Shown piece by piece: positions 7,707 through 17,932 of a stretch of DNA of 64,000 bases. The notes under the pieces are model-generated. The model saw only the letters and a program-made list of their open reading frames with translations. It made no database searches and was not told the DNA's origin. This DNA is from Alphaproteobacteria bacterium (GTDB lineage Bacteria; Pseudomonadota; Alphaproteobacteria; RF32; CAG-239): assembly GCA_045577985.1 (NCBI GenBank), contig JAZNJJ010000023.1, positions 1,986 to 65,985 on the forward strand, in the 5' to 3' direction. The stretch's first letter is position 1. Each line of letters starts with the position of its first letter. A program made the position numbers and the translations under genes.

Positions 7707-10700
7707 TTACCATACATACTTAATATTTCCACCAACACCCCAAGCATTATACTCAGATCCGAAGGTGTAATTTCCGAAGGCTCCTACAGAGAAGTTCTCG
7801 ATTAACTCTGCATCAGCTCCTATTTCTATACGACCTAATGTGTCATCTTCTATCGTTTCTTCAAATTCTTTTGAAGCAACAGTAACTTTTCCACCACTAG
7901 AAAGGGTTTGAATAATTGATGGTTTGATATAACCTGTTGTAGGTAGTTGACGTTCATTATTAAATTGATACTCAAATTTAATACCTGCTTCCAGTTCTAT
8001 GTCATGAATATCATCAAAACCAACTTCTTTTTCAGTACTATCAGTTAAATCATCAAACTTAATATAATCATATGTTGCTTTAATTGATGGTGTTAATACC
8101 GAACGTCGAGTTGTACGTATATCATAACCAATTTCTGCTTGAGCTCCGATATTTAAGCCTTTTGTTGAAGCAGTTACACTGTTGTCAGCTTTTACATCGA
8201 CATCTTGTTGCCCACCATAAACAACACCATTCATATATAAGTTACCAAAATATTTTCGATAATAAATTCCTGCTATAGCACTGGAAATATCCAGTTCACT
8301 ACCTTGGTTTGAAAAGTATTTTTCGCCTTTTCCCTCGTTTTCATACTTTCCTTTACGATATGAACCGAAGATACCAAACATATCACTATGAGTTGGTTGA
8401 TAATCAAAACCAAAATCTATACCATATACAGTTACGTCTGTTTCAATAGGTTTATCAAATGAACCAATACGGAATACTGGCTTTGCCCAAATTCTTGCTT
8501 TGTTATCATCACTGGTATATCGGCAGTAGCGATTATAACACATATCACTATAACAATCGCATCGTCCTTTATTTGTTCTTGAAATATCCAACATTATTGA
8601 ACGAGTTTGTTCTATTGCTGAACGTGGTAAATCAATATATGCAATCACTTCCGGACTTAATGCTGTTATATCTCTATATAAAAACCAATCATAAACAAGG
8701 CCATTTTGTTCATATCCAACATTGATTTCATATAAATTATTTACAACAAAAGTATTAAACTTATATTCAGATAAACTTTGCTCTGCCTGTGTTTGAGCAA
8801 AATATATTTTCTGTTCGTCCATGGTTAATGTATTTTGATTATCAAATACAACATTTGTTGTTCCATAAATACGATTATTAATTGTTATAACATCTGCTGT
8901 ATATGAAGGGTTATCGACATCAATGCGTATTGTTCCATCATTACTGGTTAAAGTATTTATTTCTATTTTTGATGTTACACCATCTCCCAAGTCAATTAAT
9001 CCTGTATTTATTACATTATTTGCCAAAACGATATTAGAGCTTGAAGTTGTTGCTCTATATGTGAGCTTGGCTCCGCGAGATATATCAAAATCATTGTTAA
9101 GAAGTGTATCTGTTGTATCTAAATTTATATATGAACCTCCAGCCATATTAATTGTATTATTACTAAAATTCATCGTTGGTTCATAATCTATATAACCACT
9201 ACTACCTAAATTTAACTGAGTATTACTTATATTGTATTTACCATTTCCACCAAATGTTGAATTTAGTACAACTTGAGTTAATGATGGAGAAATTGATTTT
9301 GGATGTATATTGCTTATTACAGCCCCTTTCATTGTATTTACAACCGAATTTGGCGAATCTCCAGAAATTGTAACTTCTCCTAAATTATAAACATCATCAG
9401 TGCTTGTATTAAATATTAACTTTGCTTTATCTTTTAGTTCAATATTAACGCCGGCATTTGCTTCATTATATATTGCACCGCCCTGATTAGATAAAGCTTC
9501 ATTATTATTAAACATTAAACTATTATTATCTTCTAATGTTACTGAAATATTTGCATCACTCGTATTATAAATAGCTGCTCCTTTTTGAGCCTTATTTGAA
9601 GCAAATAATAACTCTGATGTTTGTGCGGTGGTAAGATTTTCTATTTGAATATTGGCTTTTTCATTATAAATTGCTCCACCATTGTTACTTACATTATTTG
9701 ATGAAAAACTAATTGCAGAGTTATTACCTAATTGCAGTAAAACTGTACTTTCATCAGTATTATATATTGCACCGCCGTTTTTGGCACTATTTGAAGCAAA
9801 TTTTAATGAAGAAGAATTATTTGCCGTTAATGTAAGAGTTCCTGTTGAAGTGCTACTATTATATATGGCTCCACCATTTTCAGCAGCTTTATTTGAATTA
9901 AATTCAATATCTCCACCGGCTGACTTTAATGTCAAATATGAAGTAATTGATGAAGTCCCTAAAGCTACGCTTTGACCATTTGCACTATTATATATTGCAC
10001 CTCCATTTAGAGCCTCATTATTATTGAATACGATACTCTTATTATCTACTATACTTTCAATATTTAGTTGTCCGGTGCTTCCGTTATATATAGCTCCACC
10101 AAAATAATTCTTTGTGGTTGTTGCATTATTTGAGGTTACTACTATTTTGTTATTTTCAAATATAACATCCGATGATTGATTGCTTATTTTTAATAATGAA
10201 ATTGATGAATTTGCTCCATTATTATAAATTGCTCCACCATATGCATTGTTTGAAGTACCATTTTCAGTTACTTGAATTTGATTATTTTTAAAGCTGGTAT
10301 CAATAATATTCGTTTGCACATTTACGTTTGCATTGTAAATTGCTCCACCATAACCAGCTATTTTCGTTTTAACAATATTTCCATCAAATAAACTAGATTT
10401 TATATTTGATGTTGCCGTATTTTCAATCATATTAGCTAAGCCACCACCTACAGCATTACTGCCGTCTGAAATATTGGATGTAAAGCTTGCTCCAGTTATA
10501 TCTAAAGTTCCCATATTTCCTATCGCACCACCCGCAGACATTAATGAACCGCCTAGTGCTTGGTTACCGCTAAACTTGATCTCTTGAGTTGTTCCATCTA
10601 TCGATAAATTTCCGCTTGAATGATTTAATATTGCTCCACCACTAGAAAATGCTGCATCAGCTTTGTTATTTATAAATTCAGCTCCGGCAAGAATATCTAA

Positions 10701-12269
10701 TTGTGCAATTTGTGAAGTTGTTTCAGAAACATTACCATTATAAATAGCTCCACCAAATGCCTTATTTGTTTCTGAAGACGTTGAAGATGATTTAGTAGTG
10801 TTATTTGAATATGTATCTCCGCTAGATGTATAGTCTTTTGAGTTCATTATAGCACCACCTAAAGCAGAACCTACATTACTTTCAGCTTTGTTTGTTGAAA
10901 AACTTTTTGAATCAGATGATAATGTTCCAAAATTTGCAATAGCTCCTCCGGCAGAAATACTTTGTGTTGTTCCCGTGCTATTTGTATAGTTTTGAGTATA
11001 CGTAGCTTTATTTACAGCAGAACCATAATTGGCAAAAGCTCCACCTAATGCACCACTGGTACTACTTCCGGCACTTACATCTGCATGATTGCCTGTAAAT
11101 GAGCCGTGAACATCCATTACACCTTCAGTATCATTATATAATGCTCCTCCTTGGGCATTATTTTGGGCTGAAACATAGTTATTTTCATAAGTGATAACTG
11201 CATCTGATGATGTGGTTACAAATTTATCATTATACAGAGCTCCTCCATATGCAGAACCTCCTGATGCAATATTTGATTGCGCGTAATTGTCTTTAAATTC
11301 AATTTTACCTTCTAATATTAGTTGACCACCATTTGTTTGATTAAAGCTTACTGTATCATTATGAATTGCACCACCATATGCATTATCACCAATGGCAAAA
11401 TTGCCAATATATTTATCATTGTTTGTGGTATATTTACCTGTATTATATACAGCTCCTCCAGAAGCAATGTTTGAAGCAGATGTTCCGCCCCAAGCATTTT
11501 TTACATTTGTATCTAATCCGGCGAAATCAATATTACCGGCATGATTATTTGTATATGTATTATTGCTTGAGCTTAATATACCTTGTCCTGTATTTGGAGA
11601 TCCGTTAAAAATAGCTCCGCCTCGAGCAGTTTCATCACTCATAACATAGTTATTAGAAAAGGTTGAATTGTCTATTGTTGCCTCTGTGGTACTATAATTG
11701 GCAATAACACCACCAACTGTTCCCCAAGAATCATCTTGATAATCACATACACCCCCAAAACATGAAGCACTATTATTAGAAAAATCGGTATTTACAACTT
11801 TTAATATGGCATCATCACCAGCTGTATTTCCATTGGAAACCACGCTTCCACCGTTGTATAATATGTAGGCGTCCATATTATGTCTATTTGAAATTTGAGC
11901 TCTACTGTTATCTTCGACAATAGCTCCCGTGCTACTGTCATATTTATAACCAATTTGAACAGTTCCCATATTCAACAACCAAGAATAATTACTCCCACCA
12001 TTCGAATATATTCCTGCTGTATAACTTCCATTGACGTATAATTTACTTACTGCACTTGTATCACCATTTATGGATGTACCCATAGCATCTAACGGATTAC
12101 CATAATTCGGAGTATTAAATACAGATGAATCCATTGCGACACCAGCTGCATTGGCATTAAGAGAAAATAAAACGCTTCCCATACAGATGTTTAATAAAAA
12201 GCACTTTTTTAGAATACTTCTATATTGTGAACTAAGAGACCTTATTGCTCTTCGACTCAATTTTAACAT
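7707..12269 (-). CDS. Autotransporter (type Va) with a Pmp-type GGAIYN/FxxN repeat passenger, 1520 aa
   Basis: Signal peptide ..SVLFSLNANA|AG. There are dozens of GGA[IL][YFM]N and F.(N)N repeats. The C-terminal about 280 aa is a beta-barrel ending in ..GGNIKYVW. I moved the start to the ATG at 12269, which is preceded by AAGGAGG overlapping the stop of the upstream paralogue. Confidence 0.85.
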   Translation of the reverse strand: MLKLSRRAIRSLSSQYRSILKKCFLLNICMGSVLFSLNANAAGVAMDSSVFNTPNYGNPLDAMGTSINGDTSAVSKLYVNGSYTAGIYSNGGSNYSWLLNMGTVQIGYKYDSSTGAIVEDNSRAQISNRHNMDAYILYNGGSVVSNGNTAGDDAILKVVNTDFSNNSASCFGGVCDYQDDSWGTVGGVIANYSTTEATIDNSTFSNNYVMSDETARGGAIFNGSPNTGQGILSSSNNTYTNNHAGNIDFAGLDTNVKNAWGGTSASNIASGGAVYNTGKYTTNNDKYIGNFAIGDNAYGGAIHNDTVSFNQTNGGQLILEGKIEFKDNYAQSNIASGGSAYGGALYNDKFVTTSSDAVITYENNYVSAQNNAQGGALYNDTEGVMDVHGSFTGNHADVSAGSSTSGALGGAFANYGSAVNKATYTQNYTNSTGTTQSISAGGAIANFGTLSSDSKSFSTNKAESNVGSALGGAIMNSKDYTSSGDTYSNNTTKSSSTSSETNKAFGGAIYNGNVSETTSQIAQLDILAGAEFINNKADAAFSSGGAILNHSSGNLSIDGTTQEIKFSGNQALGGSLMSAGGAIGNMGTLDITGASFTSNISDGSNAVGGGLANMIENTATSNIKSSLFDGNIVKTKIAGYGGAIYNANVNVQTNIIDTSFKNNQIQVTENGTSNNAYGGAIYNNGANSSISLLKISNQSSDVIFENNKIVVTSNNATTTKNYFGGAIYNGSTGQLNIESIVDNKSIVFNNNEALNGGAIYNSANGQSVALGTSSITSYLTLKSAGGDIEFNSNKAAENGGAIYNSSTSTGTLTLTANNSSSLKFASNSAKNGGAIYNTDESTVLLQLGNNSAISFSSNNVSNNGGAIYNEKANIQIENLTTAQTSELLFASNKAQKGAAIYNTSDANISVTLEDNNSLMFNNNEALSNQGGAIYNEANAGVNIELKDKAKLIFNTSTDDVYNLGEVTISGDSPNSVVNTMKGAVISNIHPKSISPSLTQVVLNSTFGGNGKYNISNTQLNLGSSGYIDYEPTMNFSNNTINMAGGSYINLDTTDTLLNNDFDISRGAKLTYRATTSSSNIVLANNVINTGLIDLGDGVTSKIEINTLTSNDGTIRIDVDNPSYTADVITINNRIYGTTNVVFDNQNTLTMDEQKIYFAQTQAEQSLSEYKFNTFVVNNLYEINVGYEQNGLVYDWFLYRDITALSPEVIAYIDLPRSAIEQTRSIMLDISRTNKGRCDCYSDMCYNRYCRYTSDDNKARIWAKPVFRIGSFDKPIETDVTVYGIDFGFDYQPTHSDMFGIFGSYRKGKYENEGKGEKYFSNQGSELDISSAIAGIYYRKYFGNLYMNGVVYGGQQDVDVKADNSVTASTKGLNIGAQAEIGYDIRTTRRSVLTPSIKATYDYIKFDDLTDSTEKEVGFDDIHDIELEAGIKFEYQFNNERQLPTTGYIKPSIIQTLSSGGKVTVASKEFEETIEDDTLGRIEIGADAELIENFSVGAFGNYTFGSEYNAWGVGGNIKYVW

Positions 12270-12279
12270 ATTCCCCTCC

Positions 12280-15200
12280 TTACCATGTATAACGCATATG
12301 TCCACCAAATTCAAAACCGTTATAATCTGATCCGATTGTATAATTACCGAAACCACCAACGGTAAAGTTTGGCATTAGTGTTGCTTCTCCACCCATTTCT
12401 AAACGCACTGCTGTTTCATTTTGCAATGTGTCATCAATAGCAATATCTTTTATGGTAACCTCACCACCATTTTCTATTAATTGAATAATTGATGGTTTGA
12501 TATAACCTGTTGTTGGGTATTGTCTTTCATTATTAAACTGATATTCATATTTAACACCCAACTCTAATTCAATATCATGAATATCTTCTATGGTTACTTT
12601 TTTATCTAATGTATCAGTGAAATCATCAAAATTCACATAATCATACGAAACTCTCAAACTTGGAGTTATTGTTTCTCTTTTATTTAGACGAGATGTATAA
12701 CCTGTTTCAAATTGTAAACCTGTTGCTATACCAGATGTTGATGAACGGACATTCTCATCAGTATCCATACGGGCTTTTTGCTGTCCGCCATAAATAGATC
12801 CATTGAAATACATATTTCCAAAATATTTGCTATAATACAGACCTACAAGCACACTTTCCATATCCATTGTACGTGAACCATATGCAAAATAATCTCCATC
12901 TGATCCACCATCAGCATAATCGCCTTTTCGATATGAAACTACAAAACCTGTTTTTCCATTTGATGAGGTGTTTACATTTAATCCAAAATCTACACCCCAT
13001 ATCTTTGCATCAATTTCACTTGGAGCCTTAAATGTACTAATACGTGATATAGGATTTGCCCATAAACTTACTTTTGCATTTTCATCTACGACTTTTCGCA
13101 AAGTTCCTTTATAACCATATTCATAGCGAACTCGCGGAGTGTTATTATTTTTTGCCACATCATACATTACAGATCGAGTTTGTTCAACAGCTGCTCGTGG
13201 TAAAATGATATAGTTCAAAGCTTCTGTTCTTACAGCGCCACTTCGATATAAATACCAATCCATAACTCCATCGTGAACAGATGTTCCTTGTTCAATTATG
13301 AATACATAATTTTCTGAATCAAACACAAATGAAAAGTCTTCAGGATTTACATTTTCATTTGTCTGAGCAAAAGTAATTTTATGTCCTTTTTCTAATTGAT
13401 CTATTCCATCAAACGTAAAATTAGTTACTCCGGATACATTACCACTTATTACAATTTTATCTGATGTATTTTTATTTACATCAATATATACCCAACCACC
13501 ATTTGCCTCTAAATTAGTAACATTTATAGTTGATGATATACCATCTTTCAAATTCAGCACTCCGGAATGCGATAGTGTTTCCGCTAAAACAATATCCGGA
13601 GATGCCTCTGAACCAACATAATTAACAATTGCATCTGTGGTAATATTTAAGTTTGTTGCCGAAAATACATCTAAAGAATCTACATTTAAAACAGATGTTC
13701 CATTTAATGTTATCGAGCTATTAGCAAAATTTAATTTCTGAGCTCCATCAATTAAACCATTGTTTATCGTAAAATTCACCTCTTTGGCATATAATGAACC
13801 AGTTCCTTCAATATTAGAATTATAAAGGAATTCATTTTTATTCGTACCAAAAACATTTATTTCACCCAAATTATAAATATTATCAGTTGCTGTTTCAAAA
13901 TTTAATATTGATGTTCCGGATAATGTTAAATTAATTATCGAATCGGTATCATTATATATAGCTCCACCTTTTTCTGAAGCACTATTCCCTCTAAAAATTA
14001 TAGAATTTCCGCCATCAACATATAAATCTATTTTACTATTGTCAGTATTATATATTGCACCACCATTATCAGCAATATTATTTCCAAAACCTATTCCCGT
14101 ATTTGTAAATAATATAAATTCTCCGCCTGTGTTATATATTCCACCACCCAAAGAAGCTTTATTTTCTTTAATAACAACCTGAGAGGAGTTTGTATATTCC
14201 ATATTTACAACTCCGCTATTATAAATAGCTCCACCTCTTCCGGTTTTTGCATCATTCCAATTGAAAGCTACTGTTTTTACTTCATTTCCACTTATTTCTA
14301 TGTTTCCATCATTATAAATTGCACCACCATCAATGGCACTACCATCTGTTGCAACATTATAATTCATCATAATTTCTGCATTGTTATTCAAATCTATATG
14401 AAACGTTGCATTCTCTTTATTATAAATTGCACCACCTGCTTGAGAAACACTATTTTCTTTAAACTCCAAAGTTCCGTTTTCTACTGCAATATTTGTAACA
14501 GCTTTATTACTATTATATATCGCACCACCCATCTCTGCACTATTTTTAGAGAATGATAAAAATCCATCTTGCGCAACATTCATTTGCAAAAATGATGTTA
14601 CAGAATCAGTACCAACAGTTTTGCTACTATTATCTGCCAAATTATATATTGCGCCACCTTTTTGTGCGTAGTTCTCAGAAAAAACTATTTGATCTGTAGA
14701 AGCATCTATTTCAAGCTGTCCATATTGACCATTATAAATTGCGCCTCCCTTTGTTTCCGCCTCACCTGAAAAACCCGCATCTAAAACAGCTTTATTTCCA
14801 CTAAATACGATAGACCCTCTATCTCCTACGCCTATGTACATTTTAGAAATCTCATCAGTTATGGCATTATGGTATATTGCTCCACCATAAGCTTTTCCCT
14901 CTGTTGAATCCCCATATACTGTTATTACGTTATCTCTAAAAGATACTCCCGCAAGATTAACAGCGGTAGTATTTGTTGTTAGTGCATAAACAGCTAAACC
15001 ACCGCCTCGACCTTCTTTACTTACACCAATTTGATTACCCGTAATTGTTGAATTAGTTAAAGAAAAAGATGAAAAATCAGATGTGTGAGTATGATATATA
15101 CCTGCACCATTAGCATATTGAGAATTTATTCTATTAGAAGAAACTGTGATTCCACTAATATCCATAGAGCCTTTATTGTAAATAGCCCCACCATGCACAA

Positions 15201-15984
15201 GATAATAACCCGCCCCTGAAAGAGAATTATCTCGAGAAATAATTACATTGTTATTTGAGAAAGAGAGAGGATTTGCACCTCCATTAATAGCAACCTCGCC
15301 GGCAGAATATAAAACACCACCATTGATTTCCGTTGTACCATCGGTAGTTCCTGCTTCTCGTCTATCATAGATTGTTATAGTATTATCACTAAACGAAGTA
15401 CCGCCACCGATATCTAGGTCCTTAAATACATATTTCTGTGTTTGTTCTCCGGCAATACCTATAATACCACCGTTGATAATCATTTCACTATTAGGAACGT
15501 TAAGTTCTCCAGCTACAGTATTATTTGTGAAATTAGTAAAGTTTAATTTGATACGATTTGCATCCGTTGTATCTGTAACAAGACCTGTTGAGCTAATGAT
15601 ACCGCCGGAAATACCTTGATTTTCAAGAGATACCGTTTTATTAGAGATGTTATTATATGCTGAAACACTTCCTTCTATGGCTATTCTACCACCTTCATCA
15701 GCAACAAAAGATTTATTAGTCAGATTTATTTCTGATGTATAATTACCAACAAGTATCGCTGTATCGGAGACAGAAATTGTATAACTATCTCCAGAATCCC
15801 AATTATTCACACTTCCTTCTTCGACAGCCTTATCGTTTGGTATTATAATATTTTCAGCATTTGCACTTCCCGCAAATCCAAAGGCAAAAAACATTGCACC
15901 TAAGTTAATTAGAGCACATTTTTTTAACACATTACTGTACAGACGAATCAGCAAGCCACATGCGTGATTATGAGTTTTAGTCAT
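12280..15984 (-). CDS. Autotransporter (type Va) with a Pmp-type GGAIYN/FxxN repeat passenger, 1234 aa
   Basis: Signal peptide ..FGFAGSANA|EN, repeated GGAIYN motifs, and a beta-barrel ending in ..GGHMRYTW. AGGAGA RBS. It lies 10 nt upstream of its paralogue. Confidence 0.85.
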   Translation of the reverse strand: MTKTHNHACGLLIRLYSNVLKKCALINLGAMFFAFGFAGSANAENIIIPNDKAVEEGSVNNWDSGDSYTISVSDTAILVGNYTSEINLTNKSFVADEGGRIAIEGSVSAYNNISNKTVSLENQGISGGIISSTGLVTDTTDANRIKLNFTNFTNNTVAGELNVPNSEMIINGGIIGIAGEQTQKYVFKDLDIGGGTSFSDNTITIYDRREAGTTDGTTEINGGVLYSAGEVAINGGANPLSFSNNNVIISRDNSLSGAGYYLVHGGAIYNKGSMDISGITVSSNRINSQYANGAGIYHTHTSDFSSFSLTNSTITGNQIGVSKEGRGGGLAVYALTTNTTAVNLAGVSFRDNVITVYGDSTEGKAYGGAIYHNAITDEISKMYIGVGDRGSIVFSGNKAVLDAGFSGEAETKGGAIYNGQYGQLEIDASTDQIVFSENYAQKGGAIYNLADNSSKTVGTDSVTSFLQMNVAQDGFLSFSKNSAEMGGAIYNSNKAVTNIAVENGTLEFKENSVSQAGGAIYNKENATFHIDLNNNAEIMMNYNVATDGSAIDGGAIYNDGNIEISGNEVKTVAFNWNDAKTGRGGAIYNSGVVNMEYTNSSQVVIKENKASLGGGIYNTGGEFILFTNTGIGFGNNIADNGGAIYNTDNSKIDLYVDGGNSIIFRGNSASEKGGAIYNDTDSIINLTLSGTSILNFETATDNIYNLGEINVFGTNKNEFLYNSNIEGTGSLYAKEVNFTINNGLIDGAQKLNFANSSITLNGTSVLNVDSLDVFSATNLNITTDAIVNYVGSEASPDIVLAETLSHSGVLNLKDGISSTINVTNLEANGGWVYIDVNKNTSDKIVISGNVSGVTNFTFDGIDQLEKGHKITFAQTNENVNPEDFSFVFDSENYVFIIEQGTSVHDGVMDWYLYRSGAVRTEALNYIILPRAAVEQTRSVMYDVAKNNNTPRVRYEYGYKGTLRKVVDENAKVSLWANPISRISTFKAPSEIDAKIWGVDFGLNVNTSSNGKTGFVVSYRKGDYADGGSDGDYFAYGSRTMDMESVLVGLYYSKYFGNMYFNGSIYGGQQKARMDTDENVRSSTSGIATGLQFETGYTSRLNKRETITPSLRVSYDYVNFDDFTDTLDKKVTIEDIHDIELELGVKYEYQFNNERQYPTTGYIKPSIIQLIENGGEVTIKDIAIDDTLQNETAVRLEMGGEATLMPNFTVGGFGNYTIGSDYNGFEFGGHMRYTW

Positions 15985-16063
15985 TACACATCTCCTAATA
16001 AATATGCTTAATACTAATGCACATTTATTAAAAAATGTATAAAATCAGTTAACAAACTTAAGT

Positions 16064-17122
16064 TTAATTTGTTGCGTATACCGTCATATTGAAAACATTT
16101 TCCAAGAAAAATAGACTGATAAAGCATATTAATAGCGCCATTAATGGGGCAACAACCCAACCGGTAACTATTTTTCCGACAATACTCCAGTTAATTCCGC
16201 GACCACCTTTTGCTAAACCAATACCGACAATAGCACCGATAACAGCCTGCGTACTGGATACAGGCACCAACGGAAGAGCAGGTAAAGACATAGAGATTAA
16301 CCAATCATGTAAATTTTTTGAAGAAAATAACAGAAGAACTAAGGATTGCGACAAAACAACTATCCAAGCAACAACCGGAGACATTTTCATCAAACTATTA
16401 CCAACAGTCATTATAACTTTTTTAGAATATGTTAAAATACCAACACTTATAGCTATAGAACCCAATAAAAATAAAACTTGCACTGAGCTTAAAGTATAAA
16501 AATCAGCAATATTAACGGGCTTGAAAGGGCATGAAGCAACAAAAACACCAACCACATTCGCAATATTATTTGCACCCAACGCATAAGCACCAAAAGCCGC
16601 TGTCACAACTAAACCAATGCGAGTTATCTGATCTTGCATCAATAAATGTATACACGAACATTTTATAATTTTCTTAAATATGTAGTACAACATTATTGCA
16701 ATTATAGCAGATATAAGCGGACAAGTTGTCCATGTTCCAAAAATTTCAGCTAAAACTTCATAGTCTGTTTCTTTTTTAGCATACAAGTTCCAGCCGATAA
16801 TAGCTCCAACAATTGCCTGTGATGTAGAAACCGTTAATCCGACTCTTGACATCCAATAAACCGATAAAGCCGCAGACAAGGCCACCATGAAAGAGCCCCC
16901 CAATGCATTAACCGCACCTAACTCACCTAATGTTTCACTAGTACCTTCTCCCCCAAAAACAGCACCTAAAACAACAAAAATTGAGGCAATGACTGCAATT
17001 GTCGAAAAACGAACCATTTTGGAACCAACAGCTGTGCCAAAAATATTTGATGCGTCATTTGCTCCTAAAGACCACCCGAGAAACAAACCACTGCTTAAAA
17101 AGAATAAATAGCCAACATCCAT
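16064..17122 (-). CDS. Inorganic phosphate transporter of the PiT family
   Basis: GANDASNIFGTAVGS at the N-terminus and a second GANNIANVVG repeat. The protein is polytopic. Confidence 0.9.
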   Translation of the reverse strand: MDVGYLFFLSSGLFLGWSLGANDASNIFGTAVGSKMVRFSTIAVIASIFVVLGAVFGGEGTSETLGELGAVNALGGSFMVALSAALSVYWMSRVGLTVSTSQAIVGAIIGWNLYAKKETDYEVLAEIFGTWTTCPLISAIIAIMLYYIFKKIIKCSCIHLLMQDQITRIGLVVTAAFGAYALGANNIANVVGVFVASCPFKPVNIADFYTLSSVQVLFLLGSIAISVGILTYSKKVIMTVGNSLMKMSPVVAWIVVLSQSLVLLLFSSKNLHDWLISMSLPALPLVPVSSTQAVIGAIVGIGLAKGGRGINWSIVGKIVTGWVVAPLMALLICFISLFFLENVFNMTVYATN

Positions 17123-17781
17123 TATATATCTCTTTTAATTGTGAAAATTAAAACAGCATCAATGCAATCTTCCGCTTTATCAGCAACATCCGCAACTTCG
17201 CCTATTAAATTACTAAGCTGAATTTTATGTGCTAATTCCATATCAGAATCGAATACATTTTGTTTTAACTTACCCCATGTCTTATCACTTTCGTGTTCCA
17301 AAAAATAAACTTTACGAGAATAATCTCTAACAGTTGCAAAATCACGGAAAAATGCTCGAGAGGCAATAGCCATATTTTCTGCACACTCAGAAACTTGTTT
17401 TACCAATATTCTAAAACTATCTTGATATTGAATTGGTATATCTGGTTGTTCAATATAGAATTTATGGGCAACCTCATCAAACTCATTGATAACTTTATCA
17501 ATATTCTCAATCATTTGCAAAACATCTGCTCGCAAATCAGGTATTAAATTTTGCGCATATAAACTACTTTCTATTTCTCGACGCAAATCATCGGCTTTAG
17601 CTTCAATATCTTTGATCTTTTTACTTGCACGACGATAGTTTGCACTACGTTTTTCTTTAATATATATTTCAAAAGCCTCCTTGAAATATAAGGCACTCTC
17701 AATCACTTTATCGTGCATTTCATCAATCTTATTTTCTAGCTCACGAGTACTTGAAAATAACGATATCTTCATATTAAACAT
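17122..17781 (-). CDS. DUF47 / PhoU-like Pit accessory protein
   Basis: About 215-aa all-helical protein immediately upstream of the PiT gene and overlapping it by 1 nt. This is the conserved DUF47-PiT pair. Confidence 0.8.
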   Translation of the reverse strand: MFNMKISLFSSTRELENKIDEMHDKVIESALYFKEAFEIYIKEKRSANYRRASKKIKDIEAKADDLRREIESSLYAQNLIPDLRADVLQMIENIDKVINEFDEVAHKFYIEQPDIPIQYQDSFRILVKQVSECAENMAIASRAFFRDFATVRDYSRKVYFLEHESDKTWGKLKQNVFDSDMELAHKIQLSNLIGEVADVADKAEDCIDAVLIFTIKRDI

Positions 17782-17932
17782 TATACAATCTCCTCTATAA
17801 TGTTAATTTGTAACGGCAAAAATACCAATTGTCTATATTTATTTTGTAAAACTTTTTTTTATTCTTGCCTATATTATAAAAACATTTTAAATTGACAGTG
17901 TTTGAATATTAATTTTTTCGAGGAAATAAAAA

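Noticed and set aside
12270-12359. A 30-codon 5' extension of the second autotransporter gene, overlapping the first gene by 80 nt.
   Set aside because: The extension (MVVSVIIQSDQIITVLNL..) is not signal-peptide-like. The ATG at 12269 has AAGGAGG upstream and gives a normal signal peptide.
7707-15984. The highly repetitive DNA inside the autotransporter genes might be a CRISPR-like or tandem-repeat array.
   Set aside because: The repeats are degenerate, in frame and of variable length, and they encode GGAIYN/FxxN beta-helix units. There are no constant direct repeats with unique spacers. No CRISPR array exists anywhere in the window.
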